A DNA stretch of 64,000 nt from Octopus sinensis (lineage: Eukaryota), in contig NC_042999.1 of the NCBI RefSeq assembly GCF_006345805.1, forward strand, positions 75,144,001 through 75,208,000, read 5' to 3'. Within the stretch, counting starts at the first letter, position 1; the number at the start of each line of letters is the position of its first letter. This document shows positions 13,659-25,837 of this stretch, piece after piece. The notes beneath the pieces were generated by a model, which was given only the letters and a program-made list of their open reading frames with translations, made no database searches and was not told where the DNA came from. Made by a program: the position numbers and the translations under genes.

Positions 13659-15610
13659 ACAGACCTAGATCTACAATTGTCATGGTGCGACACTACAAAC
13701 GCAAAAGCGAGAGGGCAACCCTTCCACAGGATGTAATCCAACAGGCTATTCAACAGGTCTGAGCTCGTGTCATCTCCTTGCGGGAAGCTTCGAGGACCAT
13801 TTGGCATCCCTTTAAAATCTCTGTCTCGCTATTGCACCAAGGCCACTGAAGCAAACAACAACGATCACAGTCTTAGTGGATACAAAAAGCCACGGCAAGT
13901 TCTCACCGACGAGTTCGAGAATCAATTAGAGGCTTGTGTTTTGGCTGCCGCAGAAATTTACTATGGGCTTGCTCCAAAGGATGTGCGGAAATTGGCTTTT
14001 CAGATGGCAAAGGTACATGGATGTAAAAGTCCTCCAGCCTGGCATGAGACAGAAATGGCAGGTAAAGACTGGTTCTCTGGATATCTTCAATGACACAAGA
14101 ATTTGTCCATAAGAAATTCACAGGCAACAAGCTTGGCACGAGCAACAAGTTTCAACAAGACAAATGTTGCTATGTTTTTCAACCAGCTTGCTGATGTGAT
14201 GCTTCCATTCAATATCTATAACATGGATGAAACTGGCATAACAACTGTGCAGCGCCCAGATAGAATTATTGCCAGAAAAGTAACAAAGCAAGTGGTGAAA
14301 ATCACAAGTGCGGAGAGGGGAACTCTGGTCACATTGGCATACTGAGTAAATGCCGCTGGAAACAGCATACCACCGTTTTTTGTTTTTCCCCGGAAGAACT
14401 TTAAGCCACATTTCCTGGACAATGGACCATCAGGCAGCGATGGAGGTGCTAATCCATCTGGTTGGATGTGTGAGGAGCAGTTTGTGAAATTTCTTCAACA
14501 CTTTGTGAGGAATGTGAAATGTTCAAACAGGCACCATACCTTCTCTTACTGGACAATCCCGATTCCCACCTTATTATCGAGGGGCTAACTTATGCATCAG
14601 ACAATGGCATCACCATGCTTTCTTTCCCACCTCACTGCATACACAGGTTACAGCCGTTGGACAAAGCGGTCTATGGACCACTGAAGATGTACACAAACAC
14701 TGCAATTGATGACTGGCATATCAACCATCCTGGCCAGACCATAACATTCCGTGTTATGTCAAAACTGCATGGCCATTGACTGCAACTCCGACGAACATTC
14801 TTAGTGGCTTTTCTTCTACAGGGATATGCCCTTTTAACCGCAACATTTTCACAGACAGCGACTTTGCACCAAGCTATGTCACTGACCGGCCGGATCCTGC
14901 TCTTTCAGCACCTGGGTCTTCAGCACTTGCAACACCTGGGCCTTCAAGCAACATAGCCGCCAAGTCTTTTCTTTCACCATTTCAAATCCGTCCACTAGCA
15001 GGTCAACGAAGGGAAAAGGTTTAACTGTTAAGAAAAAATTTCAAATTCAAGTTATACCTCTGATGAGGAAGTGTGCTATTGCTTAGTGTGCTGCGAACCC
15101 TTTTCCAACAGCAAAGGAAGGGAAGTGTGGCTTCACTGCTCTGATCGTAAAGGTTGGGCTCACGAGGCATGCACACCAGGTCTGACAATATTCACATGCC
15201 CAAATTGTGACTCTGATGACGATATGTAATGAAACTGTAATAAAGGCCCTTGATCAAACCAACAAGCTTATATCATGTGTTTCTGTCCACTAACATGTAT
15301 GTTCCAAGAAAATGCATTCATGTGTCAACATACCCCATTATATGTGTCAACTTGCCCCGGTATCGTGGTCTTAGAAAATGCACAAAATTTAAGTGGTCTT
15401 AGAAAATGCACAAAATATAAATCCAGACAATAAGCAGATGAGATCTCTAGCTTTGTAAGTCTTCTGCTATGGTTGATTTATGCGTGTAATACAAGATGCA
15501 GTAGAATACATTAAATAGTATTGCTCTGTCAGTGAAAATGTAAAAAATGTAGTCAACTAATCTTTGTCTAAAATTTTCAAGTCAAGATTTAATGATAAAA
15601 AATGTCAACG
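12836..15610 (+). mobile_element. Decayed pogo/Tigger-type DNA transposon (CENP-B-like HTH, DDE, C-terminal PHD finger)
   Basis: Broken ORFs with AGKDWFSG, IYNMDETG, LLLLDN..SH and PPH..HRLQPLD. PHD-like CLVC...WLHC...WAHEAC...CPNC at about 15075-15210. Motif GGGGCAAGTTGA recurs near 12850 and 13190 and inverted near 13235 and 15345. Right boundary uncertain. Confidence 0.85.
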
Positions 15611-15682
15611 TACTTCAACATATTATACAAGGAGAGGGGGAGTCAAAGTTTCATTTGCCTGACACATCTGATAAATATATAC

Positions 15683-15690
15683 TATAAATA
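15683..15690 (+). promoter_or_regulatory. Putative TATA box of SULT-like copy 2
   Basis: TATAAATA 125 nt upstream of the ATG. The same motif lies 124 nt upstream of the copy 3 ATG in alignable sequence. Confidence 0.55.
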
Positions 15691-15807
15691 CTTTCTGAGC
15701 TGCAAATTAGTCTAATGCTAAAGGAAAGCAAAAGAAACTGATTAGGATTTTTATTTTCAGTAGATAACTTTAAATCGGTTACAATAACTAATACATCAAC
15801 AACTACA

Positions 15808-16018
15808 ATGAGTAAAGAAATCAACTCTGAAGAAATAAAAAAAGAAATTGAAAGTAATTTTAAACAATATTTCGGCAAAGATGGAGAACCTATGTCTGTT
15901 TATCAATATAAAGGACACAATATTTTGAATCTGGACATGGCATCGTCAGCTTTATCGAAACTACATACGGTGAAAATTAGACCTGATGATGTTTTGATGC
16001 TTTCCTATCCTGCAGCAG
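15808..16018 (+). CDS. SULT-like paralogue 2, exon 1 of 5 (gene 15808-31374, 303 aa)
   Basis: MSKEIN...KIRPDDVLMLSYPAAG, matching the SULT 5'-PSB region. Phase-1 GT donor at 16019. The five exons sum to 912 nt of open frame. Confidence 0.92.
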
Positions 16019-17129
16019 GTCAGATGTTACTATCTCAATTTTGTTAGGCAAAATATTTTTCATTGTAGTCTCCGCTTAGAGGTTCGCTGAGACTGGGTAT
16101 GTTTGCATGTGTGTGTGTGTTTGCGTGTCTGTATATGACGTTCGTACGTGTACTATTTGTGTGTGTTGTGTACTTTAGTTATATATTACTATTCATCGTA
16201 CTTTATGGAGCCCTTTATATCAGTTTAATTTCATTCACTTTGTTAAGCTGCATTAACTTAAGTTTGTAAAGATTTTATTTCGTTTTTGGATTTGGTTTTC
16301 AAGATTCTTTATGTGAGTTCGTGTGTTGAAGCATATTCTGTTGTGACTGGGGAGAGTCATTTTCTTTTTGTGCATTATAATTTAATACACTCACCGATAA
16401 AATTTCCACTTCTTATTTTTATTTTCCTAAGATTTTCGTTGCGTCTTGCAACCTTTTCAATAGTCTTGACTCTGTCCGTTATTTACACAGCGTTCCTTTT
16501 TGTTTGTGCGCGTGTGTGTGGGTCAGTGTGTGTGTGTGCCTATGCATACATGCATGTATGTATGTATGTATGTATGTATGCATGTGTGTGTGTATGCATA
16601 TGTGTGTGTGTGTGCATATGTATATATGTGTGTGTGCATCTGTATGTGTGTATTATGCATATTCATGTGTTTGCGTGTTCGTGTTTTTTATGTATGTGTG
16701 CGTGCGCATGTGTTTGTATATGTATGTCTCCTTGTGTGTGCATGTCTGAGTGTGTGTGTGTGTTTTGCAACTATATACCGTGTTTGTATGTATGGATATG
16801 CATCTCCATATGTGTGGACATGTGTCTCTATATGTGTCCTTGTGTGAAGTAAAGTATGTGTGTATATATAGTCATGTGTTTCAGTCTCCATTTGCACATG
16901 TGTGCTTGTCTGTTCATATAACTTATGTACCTATCCGCCTGTATATTTTCATATCCACATGCTTACATACATGTGCATATACACGTATATACGTACACCC
17001 TCACACACATACATACATCTATCTACATAACAGCCCACCAACTATTCTACTCTACCTGTGTAAACTCTGGGTATGGGCATATGATATTTACTATGTATAT
17101 TTTCTATTTAGTATTGGGAAAATTTCATT

Positions 17130-17570
17130 TATTTGTGTTGGGACTTTTGGGTGCTTGAATAAGATGCGGATATCAAGTTGATCCAGCTTGCCTCCATGTT
17201 GGTCTTTGGTATGCTGGTAGAGTATGGAGGACTATTTTTTGTCGTCATAATGTCTCAGATGTTCATTTAGTCGTTCCGCAATGCTCCTAGATGTCTCCCC
17301 TATGTATGTCATGTTCATGTTTTTGCAAGCACCTTCTATGCATCTTATGTTGTAAACTACATTTCTAGTTCTCCAGTTAATGCCAGGGCTAATCCTACAT
17401 ACCATGCAGTTATCATTGGTGCATATGGTATTTTCAAAAGGGGTACGTCCTACATAGTTGTGATCACAGCTATGTAGGATGTCTGGCTGAATCTTGAAAA
17501 CATCGCTTGACAAGGGTGTGTGTAAACCTCCAGGAAAGAAGTATTTAGTCAATGTCCTCATCAGAGATGC
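17130..17570 (-). mobile_element. Penelope-like element, GIY-YIG endonuclease fragment
   Basis: CTNDNCMVC...NVVYNIRC...YIGETSRSIAERLNEH. Confidence 0.85.
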
Positions 17571-17870
17571 CTGTTGGAACAGAACCATGAGAGTAACTTC
17601 GAAAATCGCCATGGTTGGTAACGATGTAGGGGAGATGTTAACTGAAACACTACTTGCAGGACATTCCTGATGTATATATAATTTTTGTTTACAAAACTAA
17701 CTGATCATGGCGTTTTACTCCCTCCATTTGTAGAGAGAATATTTACCTCCACTATTTGAGTCTCACGAGTCGCCTATACAGCTAAGTGCTTTATAAGTGC
17801 GAAACCAATGTTCACTCTCTGACCATTTTAGCGTACTCCTTTATGAAATACTTGATGAAAATATATGAAA

Positions 17871-18542
17871 CTAGCAGTATCGCCCGGCGTTGCTCGGGTT
17901 TGTAAGGGAAATAACTATATAAGCATTTTTAGAGAGTTACTTCCCTTATATGATAGCAAAAAATGCATTAAAAATGGAAAAAAGTGATGGTAATTTTTTT
18001 TAAATCGTAGACTCATCGTAGACATTTTTAGAGAGTTACTTCCCTTATATAATAGCAAAAAAATGCATTAAAAATGGCAAAAAATAATGGTAAATTTTTT
18101 TTTTAATCGTAGACACATCGTAGACGCGCGCTAATACCCAGAAGGGCTCGATATGAATCACGACTATAAGATACCCGCTTTTGGTTAAACTGCACCGCAA
18201 AATGTGGGAGTAGTTAGGAATCTAAATCGTAGGAGACAGACACCACACAACTTTTCTTTTATATATATAGATACTAGCAGCATCGCCCGGCGTTGCTCGG
18301 ATTTGTAAGGGAAATAACCATATAAGCATTTTTAGAGAGTTACTTCCCTTATATAATAGCAAAAATGCATTAAAAATGGAAAAAAATTATGGTAATTTTT
18401 TTTTTAAATCGTACACTCATTGTAGACGCGCGCTAATACCCAGAAGGGCTCGATATAAATCAAGACTATAAGATACCCGCTTTTGGTTAAACTGCACCGC
18501 AAAATGTGGGACACGACACAACTTCAGTTTTATATATATAGA
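17871..18542 (-). mobile_element. Two tandem non-autonomous Helitron-like elements (17871-18271, 18274-18542)
   Basis: On the minus strand each starts with TC and ends with a CCGAGCAACGCCGGG hairpin plus CTAG, inserted between A and T. The two copies are mutually similar. Confidence 0.8.
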
Positions 18543-19033
18543 TATGAGATTTTCTCAAGATCAGCAAATGCATGTTGCAGCACCTAGTGCTGGAACATTA
18601 AATCAATGTTTTAATGATTAGACAGAGTTCAATAGAATAGCTCTCAGAAACAGACTACGTACAAATTCATTTTTCACAACTCCGGAAGCTGTTTTCAGAT
18701 ATGATCCATCCCATTCTTATAAAAATGATAACTGTCCAAATTGGTGTGGTAAATATAAATTGCCGTTTATGTAGACTGCTGCAAAGGAGAATATATCCAC
18801 TGACAGCTTTTCTGTGCGTTCAATAATCACGTAACCCCCACCTCCAATTTTCCATGACAGTTTAGTGCCTGAAATATTCCAAACGGACGCATAGCATGTT
18901 ACTTAGTCGAATTAGCCCATCATTTACTCCACAAATGCTGCACTTTCCCATATTACCTGTTTCAACATAACTGTAATATATTGTATTCAAACCATGCTAT
19001 TTTAATCCCGAGCAATGCCAGATATCTCTGTTA

Positions 19034-19148
<115 letters not shown>

Positions 19149-19843
19149 TAGAATTAAAGAATTAAGATTTAGATAGTAGACGTTAAATGCAGTATCCAAA
19201 CCTTGTTTCAGAATAAATCCCTGATATGTGACTGCACTGTTCGCCACTTATGGCTACGAGGCGTCATCAGCTCAGCAACACTGCACATTCATCGTTGAAC
19301 CTACGACAGGAATTTCCGAGGTGCACGTAGAGCATATTTTTTAAAATTTAATATAGAAGACGGAGTGTAAGTAGAACGTACACTAATATCCTCCTATGTA
19401 CTTATGTACTGTTTATGGACTTATGCTTGTATATATGAATGAACACGCTTATATGTGCGTGTGTGGGTGTGCCCATGTAGATGCAGGATGGATATATTTG
19501 TATGTAAGTGTATATGCATATATATGTACAAGCATATGCGAGTGTATGTACATACATATGCATATAAGTTTGTGTCTGTGTATGTGCGGGTGTGCACGTA
19601 TGGGTGTAAGTATATGTGTATGTGTGTGTGTGTGTGTGTGTTTATGTGTGTGTGCGCGCGTGGGTGTACTCATGTGTGTGCGTGTGGTTGTGGCGGTCAG
19701 TATATGTACATATATAGAGAGTTGTGTGTCTGTGCGTGCGTCTGTGCACCTGTGGCTGTGTGTATACGCGTGCGTGTATATATGTGTGTGTCTGTGTGTA
19801 CGTGTGTATGCAAGTATATATAGGTTTATGTATCTGTATATGC

Positions 19844-20315
19844 TCTGATAAGGGTACACTAGGCACGTGCATCACAACCATATGTGCGCGACATGGTGAT
19901 CTCATATCAAGATAAACAGCACATGACCTTATAGGTGGGGTCCAGTTAGAATTTTCTTCTGGTCGAGTAACCCATCACGCTCAAAAGGTCCCTGAATAAG
20001 GGTTGTTTAAGGATGTTGAACGAAACACCCATGTTTCCAGAGGTGAATTATTCAAACCCTAAAGAATCCCTCTCAACACATGGCTATGATGCTCCCCCAC
20101 TACTTCTGCTCGTGATCAGAATGCACATATCGTCAGCCACTAAGGAACATGCTCAACTGGTTAAGGTCAAACAACTGACAAGCAAATCTTTGGTATTGTG
20201 CAGAATATTTGCTGTAGCCCATCTTTTATACCAAGACAAAACAATGTACATGATAACACTTCCAATCAGTTAAGATCAGAAGCCACGAGAGCCACTGCCT
20301 GGTACTACATAAGGG

Positions 20316-20317
<2 letters not shown>
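19844..20317. mobile_element. Fourth copy of the (TAA)n-associated repeat
   Basis: Aligns with 5025-5415 and extends about 80 bp further to a (TTA)n tract. Confidence 0.85.
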
Positions 20318-20390
<73 letters not shown>

Positions 20391-20392
20391 CC

Positions 20393-20432
<40 letters not shown>

Positions 20433-20504
20433 TATAATTATTATTATCATTATTATTATTATTATTTATTATTATTATTATTATTATTATTTATATTATT
20501 TTAT

Positions 20505-21205
20505 TGTCTTTGCACGGCTTCTAACGCCGGAGATGTACTACGGTGTCAGCTGTTCACTACCAGTGAACTAAGGTAACACCCCTTATTTTTCGAGCACCAT
20601 CCGGAGTTTTCGAGTGGTCCCAAGCAGTGCTGTTTTCTCCACCGTTATTGCATCCCCTATTTGTTCCATGTACTTCTCAAGATATTTACTCACTATTCCG
20701 AGGGCGCCGACAATTATTGGTACTACTACCACCTTTTTCTTTCATCGACCACAACTGCTTAACCTCCAAAGCTAACCTGTTACATCTATCGAATTTTCTT
20801 TGTTCCTTATCGCATACCTTGTTGTCAGCTTGGCATGCAATATGATCCAGGATCGTTTGCTTTCTTTCTCATTTAACACTACATCCCGTTTCTTATTCTC
20901 TATCACATGGTCACACTGAATCATAAAATCCCATAGGATCTTTGCATCATCATTTTTGATAATGCCTTCGGGTTTATGCTTCGCTCTGTCAAGCCCATAC
21001 TTGTTGCAAATTGTCCAGTGGACAATCCTTGCTATATTGTCATGACATTTCTTATATATATGCTTTCTGGGTTAGTCGCGGATATTGACTAGTAATATGC
21101 CATACGGTTTCACCATTTTGTCCATAAATTCTGCACTTATCACTTTCTGATATGTTGTCTATTCTGTATTTGATGTAATTGATTCTTAATGCTTGCTCTT
21201 GGGCA
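20505..21205 (-). mobile_element. 3' fragment of R4/Dong-like RLE retrotransposon ending in (TAA)n
   Basis: Minus strand reads AQEQALR...KCR...ETVWHI...IVHW.IC...KILWDFMIQCDHVIE, followed by a TAA microsatellite. Confidence 0.8.
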
Positions 21206-21489
21206 TGTAAGACTTATAGAAAAATAGTTAAACAACTTGATTATCAAAAGATTATTTTGGCTGTATATGTTTGCATGAGAAACTAGGTTATATTTCTTAA
21301 GAATTCTAAAGTATTATTTGAGAATGTCTCGTATTGTTTTCTTGCATTCTTTATAAATGATCATGTTAAAGCTGTGTCAGTACATGCGTGCTGTTATATG
21401 TGGGGAACAGATCAGAAATTTAGGGAAGGTTAAAAAAGATACCTACAAATTAATTATTGGATTTAGTTTTTCTTACTATCTGAAGGAGT

Positions 21490-21800
21490 TTGTTAAATTG
21501 TTAGACATAATTTTAATGCAGTCTATGATTAGTTCATGCGTTATACAGTGTCAATGTAGGAATGTTTAGATATGAGCAGCGTTTATATTGCATTTTTGTG
21601 AGTGGCAGATTGTTTATATGGTATTAGTAGGATTTCATATAGAATAAGATCAATTTGTCCATTCGGGGACAAGTGATGAATATCTCCTCTGAAGTTTCCA
21701 TTTCATTCTTATGTCGATGTTTTGTCTCTCATTTTCCACTGATAGTTGACAAGAGTTGTGTAAATAATTTCATCACCTTTAATTCTGGATAATGTTGTGT
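21490..21800 (-). mobile_element. Old repeat remnant (probably Penelope-like), shared with 51530-52020 in the paralogous intron
   Basis: Direct similarity between intron 1 of copy 2 and intron 1 of copy 3. TTLVKYLWKMKD resembles PLE sequence C-terminal to GIY-YIG. Confidence 0.55.
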
Positions 21801-22600
21801 ATTGCAAGACTATATGAGATGCATTTTCCTCGAAAATTGTTATGCTTTGTAGTACTTTCTTTCGTGTACCTGCAGCATATTATCTCCGCATGTCACGGTT
21901 AGCTCAAGAAACAAGCCTTGCCAAATCATATATCCTGTATTATTATTGTTCTATGGCTTGAATGTATGAATGCCTTTGTCGAATAGATCAGCATCGAATG
22001 ACAGCCTCTCTTAATTCATATACTTTCGATGTTTCTCAGATTCTTTTGAAAAGTAAAAAATAATGTTAATTTATGTTGACATTGAGGTACTTGTGTTGTT
22101 GGTGCAGTGCATTGGAACTCAGATACATTTATGCTTGTGTGGTCGGGCGTGCGTGATGTGCGCATGTGTGTGTGCTTCATGATTCTTTTCCATGCTCGTC
22201 TAGCACATGGAGAAATACAGTCAAATGAATAAATCTCATGATTTCACTCTTGAATGATGGAGCTTAAATTTCAGACGAGTGGAATTTGAACACTGAACAT
22301 AAAATTATGTACCTCAATAACATAAGATTTCTTTTTCAGAGTCTACGGCCTTATTTCACATTTAATTTTGCGAACCCGTTTATTTTCTAACTTCATATAA
22401 TTCTATAAACGGAGAAATCATGAACGCACAACGATCAGTTTTTGACTGTTGAAAGATTAGATTTAATTACTGTAAATGAATATCTCTGATCGCTAAATAC
22501 AAGCATTTCATGCTCATTACTGCCTTAGATCGTCTGAGAGATTTATATTTATCTATTTATACATTTGTTTTAATAGCTAAGATTGTATATCACATTTCAG

Positions 22601-22918
22601 GGTCACATTGGGTGTTTGAAATCGTTAATATGATATTGACAGGAAACAATGAAAGGGTTCCCTTGATAAAAGAAGACATGTTATTAGATTGTGCACCTGC
22701 TGAAATGCTTGATTCCTCTAAATCCCCTCGATTCTTGAACTCGCACCTTCCTCCTAAACTTCTGCCTCCAGAATTGCTAAAGGATCATAAAATTATCTTC
22801 CTCAACCGTAACCCGAAAGCTATGCTGGTGTCGTTCTACAGACATATACAAGACATTTCGTTGTTGGACTACAAAGGAGATCTTCCAAGCTATTTTGACC
22901 TTTGGATAGAAGGAGAAG
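22601..22918 (+). CDS. SULT-like paralogue 2, exon 2
   Basis: tttcag acceptor and gtaag donor. SHWVFEIV...SPRFLNSHLP (catalytic His)...RNPKAMLVSFY (3'-PB motif). 318 nt. Confidence 0.95.
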
Positions 22919-24283
22919 GTAAGCCTGTAAAGTTGTTACTACTACTAATTTGTTACTACTACTACTAATTTGAAAGTTTATTACATACTCATCTTTAGGT
23001 GAAATAGGGAAATGAAATTAGTTATCCCTCCATGTTGTTATTTCTGCCTGTACCTCACAAAGCCATGTATCTATAAATGTATCATTGTATCTGAACATAG
23101 ATTTTGTCACAGTCAAAGTCGTGTATCGATAATGACATTCAACCTAGATGTATAAATGCAACCTTAGACGTTTATCTTACATATTCCTAGTCGTTCTTCT
23201 TAGAACATGGATGTTCTTCTCAGATACTGATTTAAATATTTTGAATTGCATCTAACATTTAAACGGCGTTACCCCAGCATGGCCACAGCTTAGAGCTGAA
23301 ACTGATAAACAAAAATACATTCGTAGATGTAGTAGTGAAGCACCTGCAGACGAAACACAAAATGATCATCCAACTTTGATATGTATGTATTTGATTTCAG
23401 TTTAAACCAGAGATTCGCGTTCAAAAGCAACAATCTTTTTCTTTTCAGTTTAACACCACACCCAAGAATCTTAGGTGCCCTTAGCAGAGTCATCCTGTTG
23501 CAAGCATTCGGTCTCTGTCTCTTTACTGCCAGTCTAGGAAGCATTGTCAATGACCATACACCCTATATTTCCCTCCTGATAAAATCACCGCCACAATCCC
23601 ATCGTCGTGACTCATCTGTGTTGCTTTTCATCCTCTTACCTTTCCATCATTTTGCTTTAAGATATTACTGCCATGTTGGTTCAGTTCCAAGCTTAGCACC
23701 TGGTCTATCCGACCTTTGTATTCATGGAGTAACTTATTTGTTTTGACCTCAGACCAATTTCCCACTTATATTCTCTCAACACTTTTTATTTTATATATTC
23801 TCTTATTGATATTTTCTATCTGGTCACAAAATACATATCAAGTAAAGTCTATTTTCTCATTTAAATGTTTTTAGATTATATCAGTGGAAGTATATTCTGA
23901 TCTCATGTTAACTAAGAACGTACTGAATTCAAAATTCTGAGATTTTCAATGCATTATATCTGAAAATTCATATTTTATTAAACCTTCTTACCTATTATCA
24001 GTCACCGCTGTTGTATGCACAGAGATGCTATCAATATGACGTTGGAAATATCTATGTTAGATGCACTGATGAAAATATAAAAATATAAATTCCACAAATT
24101 CTCTCTATAATTGTCTGTAAAATATAAAATTTTGTACTCCCTCCCGCAAAAGTTGCCTAATATATTTTCGTTTTAAACACTGCATTGTCATAATTTAATT
24201 TAACATTATGAGCAGAAGGGTTGACTATTCTTTTGGAAGTTATTACACAAACATAATTTCAATTTATTCTTTTAATTTTTCAG

Positions 24284-24381
24284 TTCCTTATGGTGATTAC
24301 TTTAAATATGTTCAGGAAATTTATGCTCTATGTAAAGATAACCCAAATGCACGTATCATAACTTACGAAGAAATAAAAGCG
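24284..24381 (+). CDS. SULT-like paralogue 2, exon 3
   Basis: AG/GT bounded, 98 nt, VPYGDYFKYVQEIY...ITYEEIKA. Confidence 0.93.
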
Positions 24382-24673
24382 GTAATTATCTATTGATATT
24401 TCCTTTAATTATGTTAATTTTATTATAATTTATTTCGTGTGTTTGTTTCCCGTGCACACAAAAGATATTCAAAGTATAAAGTTTAACTTTTAAATAATTC
24501 CGATTGAAAAAGTATAATTACCACATAGAATATACCCCATCACCTGCCTGACCGCAGCTCTGAGCTACTAGAGAGAGTATTAATCAGAGAAATTGTTCTA
24601 CGCATATAAGAAAAAAATTTATTGTTAAATACTGAAAATTTCACAATTTGCCTTCATTATTTCTCTTCAACAG

Positions 24674-24851
24674 GATATGTCCAAAGCAGTGTCACGTGTT
24701 GCTAAATTCTTGGGGAAAACAATTTCTGACCAACTTACAGAGGGTATTGTTAGTATGTGTTCATTTGATAAAATGAAATCTGAGAAAAAAATGACTGATT
24801 CGTATTTACCCAAAGATTTGATCGGAGAAGGTGGTACTGTCTACCATTCTG
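24674..24851 (+). CDS. SULT-like paralogue 2, exon 4
   Basis: AG/GT bounded, 178 nt, DMSKAVSRVAKFLGK...CSFDKMK...VYHSG. Confidence 0.93.
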
Positions 24852-25709
24852 GTAATTATGTTATTATATTTCATTAATCTTTCTTGTAGTTTAATTTGTG
24901 TAAAGTCTAAGACACATATCTAGTCATGGTAGAAATCTATTTTCGCTATTCAATGCTTAATTTTCTAAACGAGTTGCAGTAAAACAATCGTCAACAACAA
25001 ACATATCCAACAGCTGGCGGATGCATGTCTCCATCAAAAAATTAATCTGATGCCAAGTTAATGAATTTTTTTTTTTTTTTCATTTTTTTTTACGTTTTGA
25101 GAGAGAGGAATTGTTCAGGTGGCCCGAGCACTGCTTATATCAAGAAAACAGAACTGCAAGATACAGCAGTTAAACAAAAGCAGCGCTCAGTAAGAACCCT
25201 CACTTTCACTCCAAATATAAAGGAATAAGTCCCACAATAGATCATGCGCCTACATGGTACTGCTGCTATGCTAACATGTATCCTAGAAGGCACCCAGCGA
25301 AAAGCCACTCGACTAAATGGAATTCAGTCAACAGCAAAACGTTCCAATGATTAACCAACATGTGTGCTGTCTTCATTCTTAGCCTTTTCTATCGCTTTTA
25401 TAATGGCTTCCGATCCTTGGAAGCACTCTGTCACTCAGTCATCAGCGACGAACGTATATTTTCATCTTTCGCAACCTTTCACCTCGATCTCGCCATTATG
25501 TTCTCCAGAACATCACCATTCTTGAATCTCCCAGCTCGTGTCTTTCCTGCAGGTATTGAACTGCAAAAGTTTAAATACAACATAAATAGCACGAAATCCA
25601 CCGGTATCGGTGGGCCTACATGTGTCATACGCAATGCTCTTCCTTCACACTCAACAAGTAATTTATATATATATATATACACACACACACATATATATAT
25701 ATCTATATA

Positions 25710-25809
<100 letters not shown>

Positions 25810-25837
25810 TTAGTATGTGAAAGCACGTGGTTGGATG

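Noticed and set aside
19200-19330. Minus-strand CTGATGA with nearby GAAC/GAAA
   Set aside because: The core is incomplete and stem I cannot be formed. At most a decayed relic.
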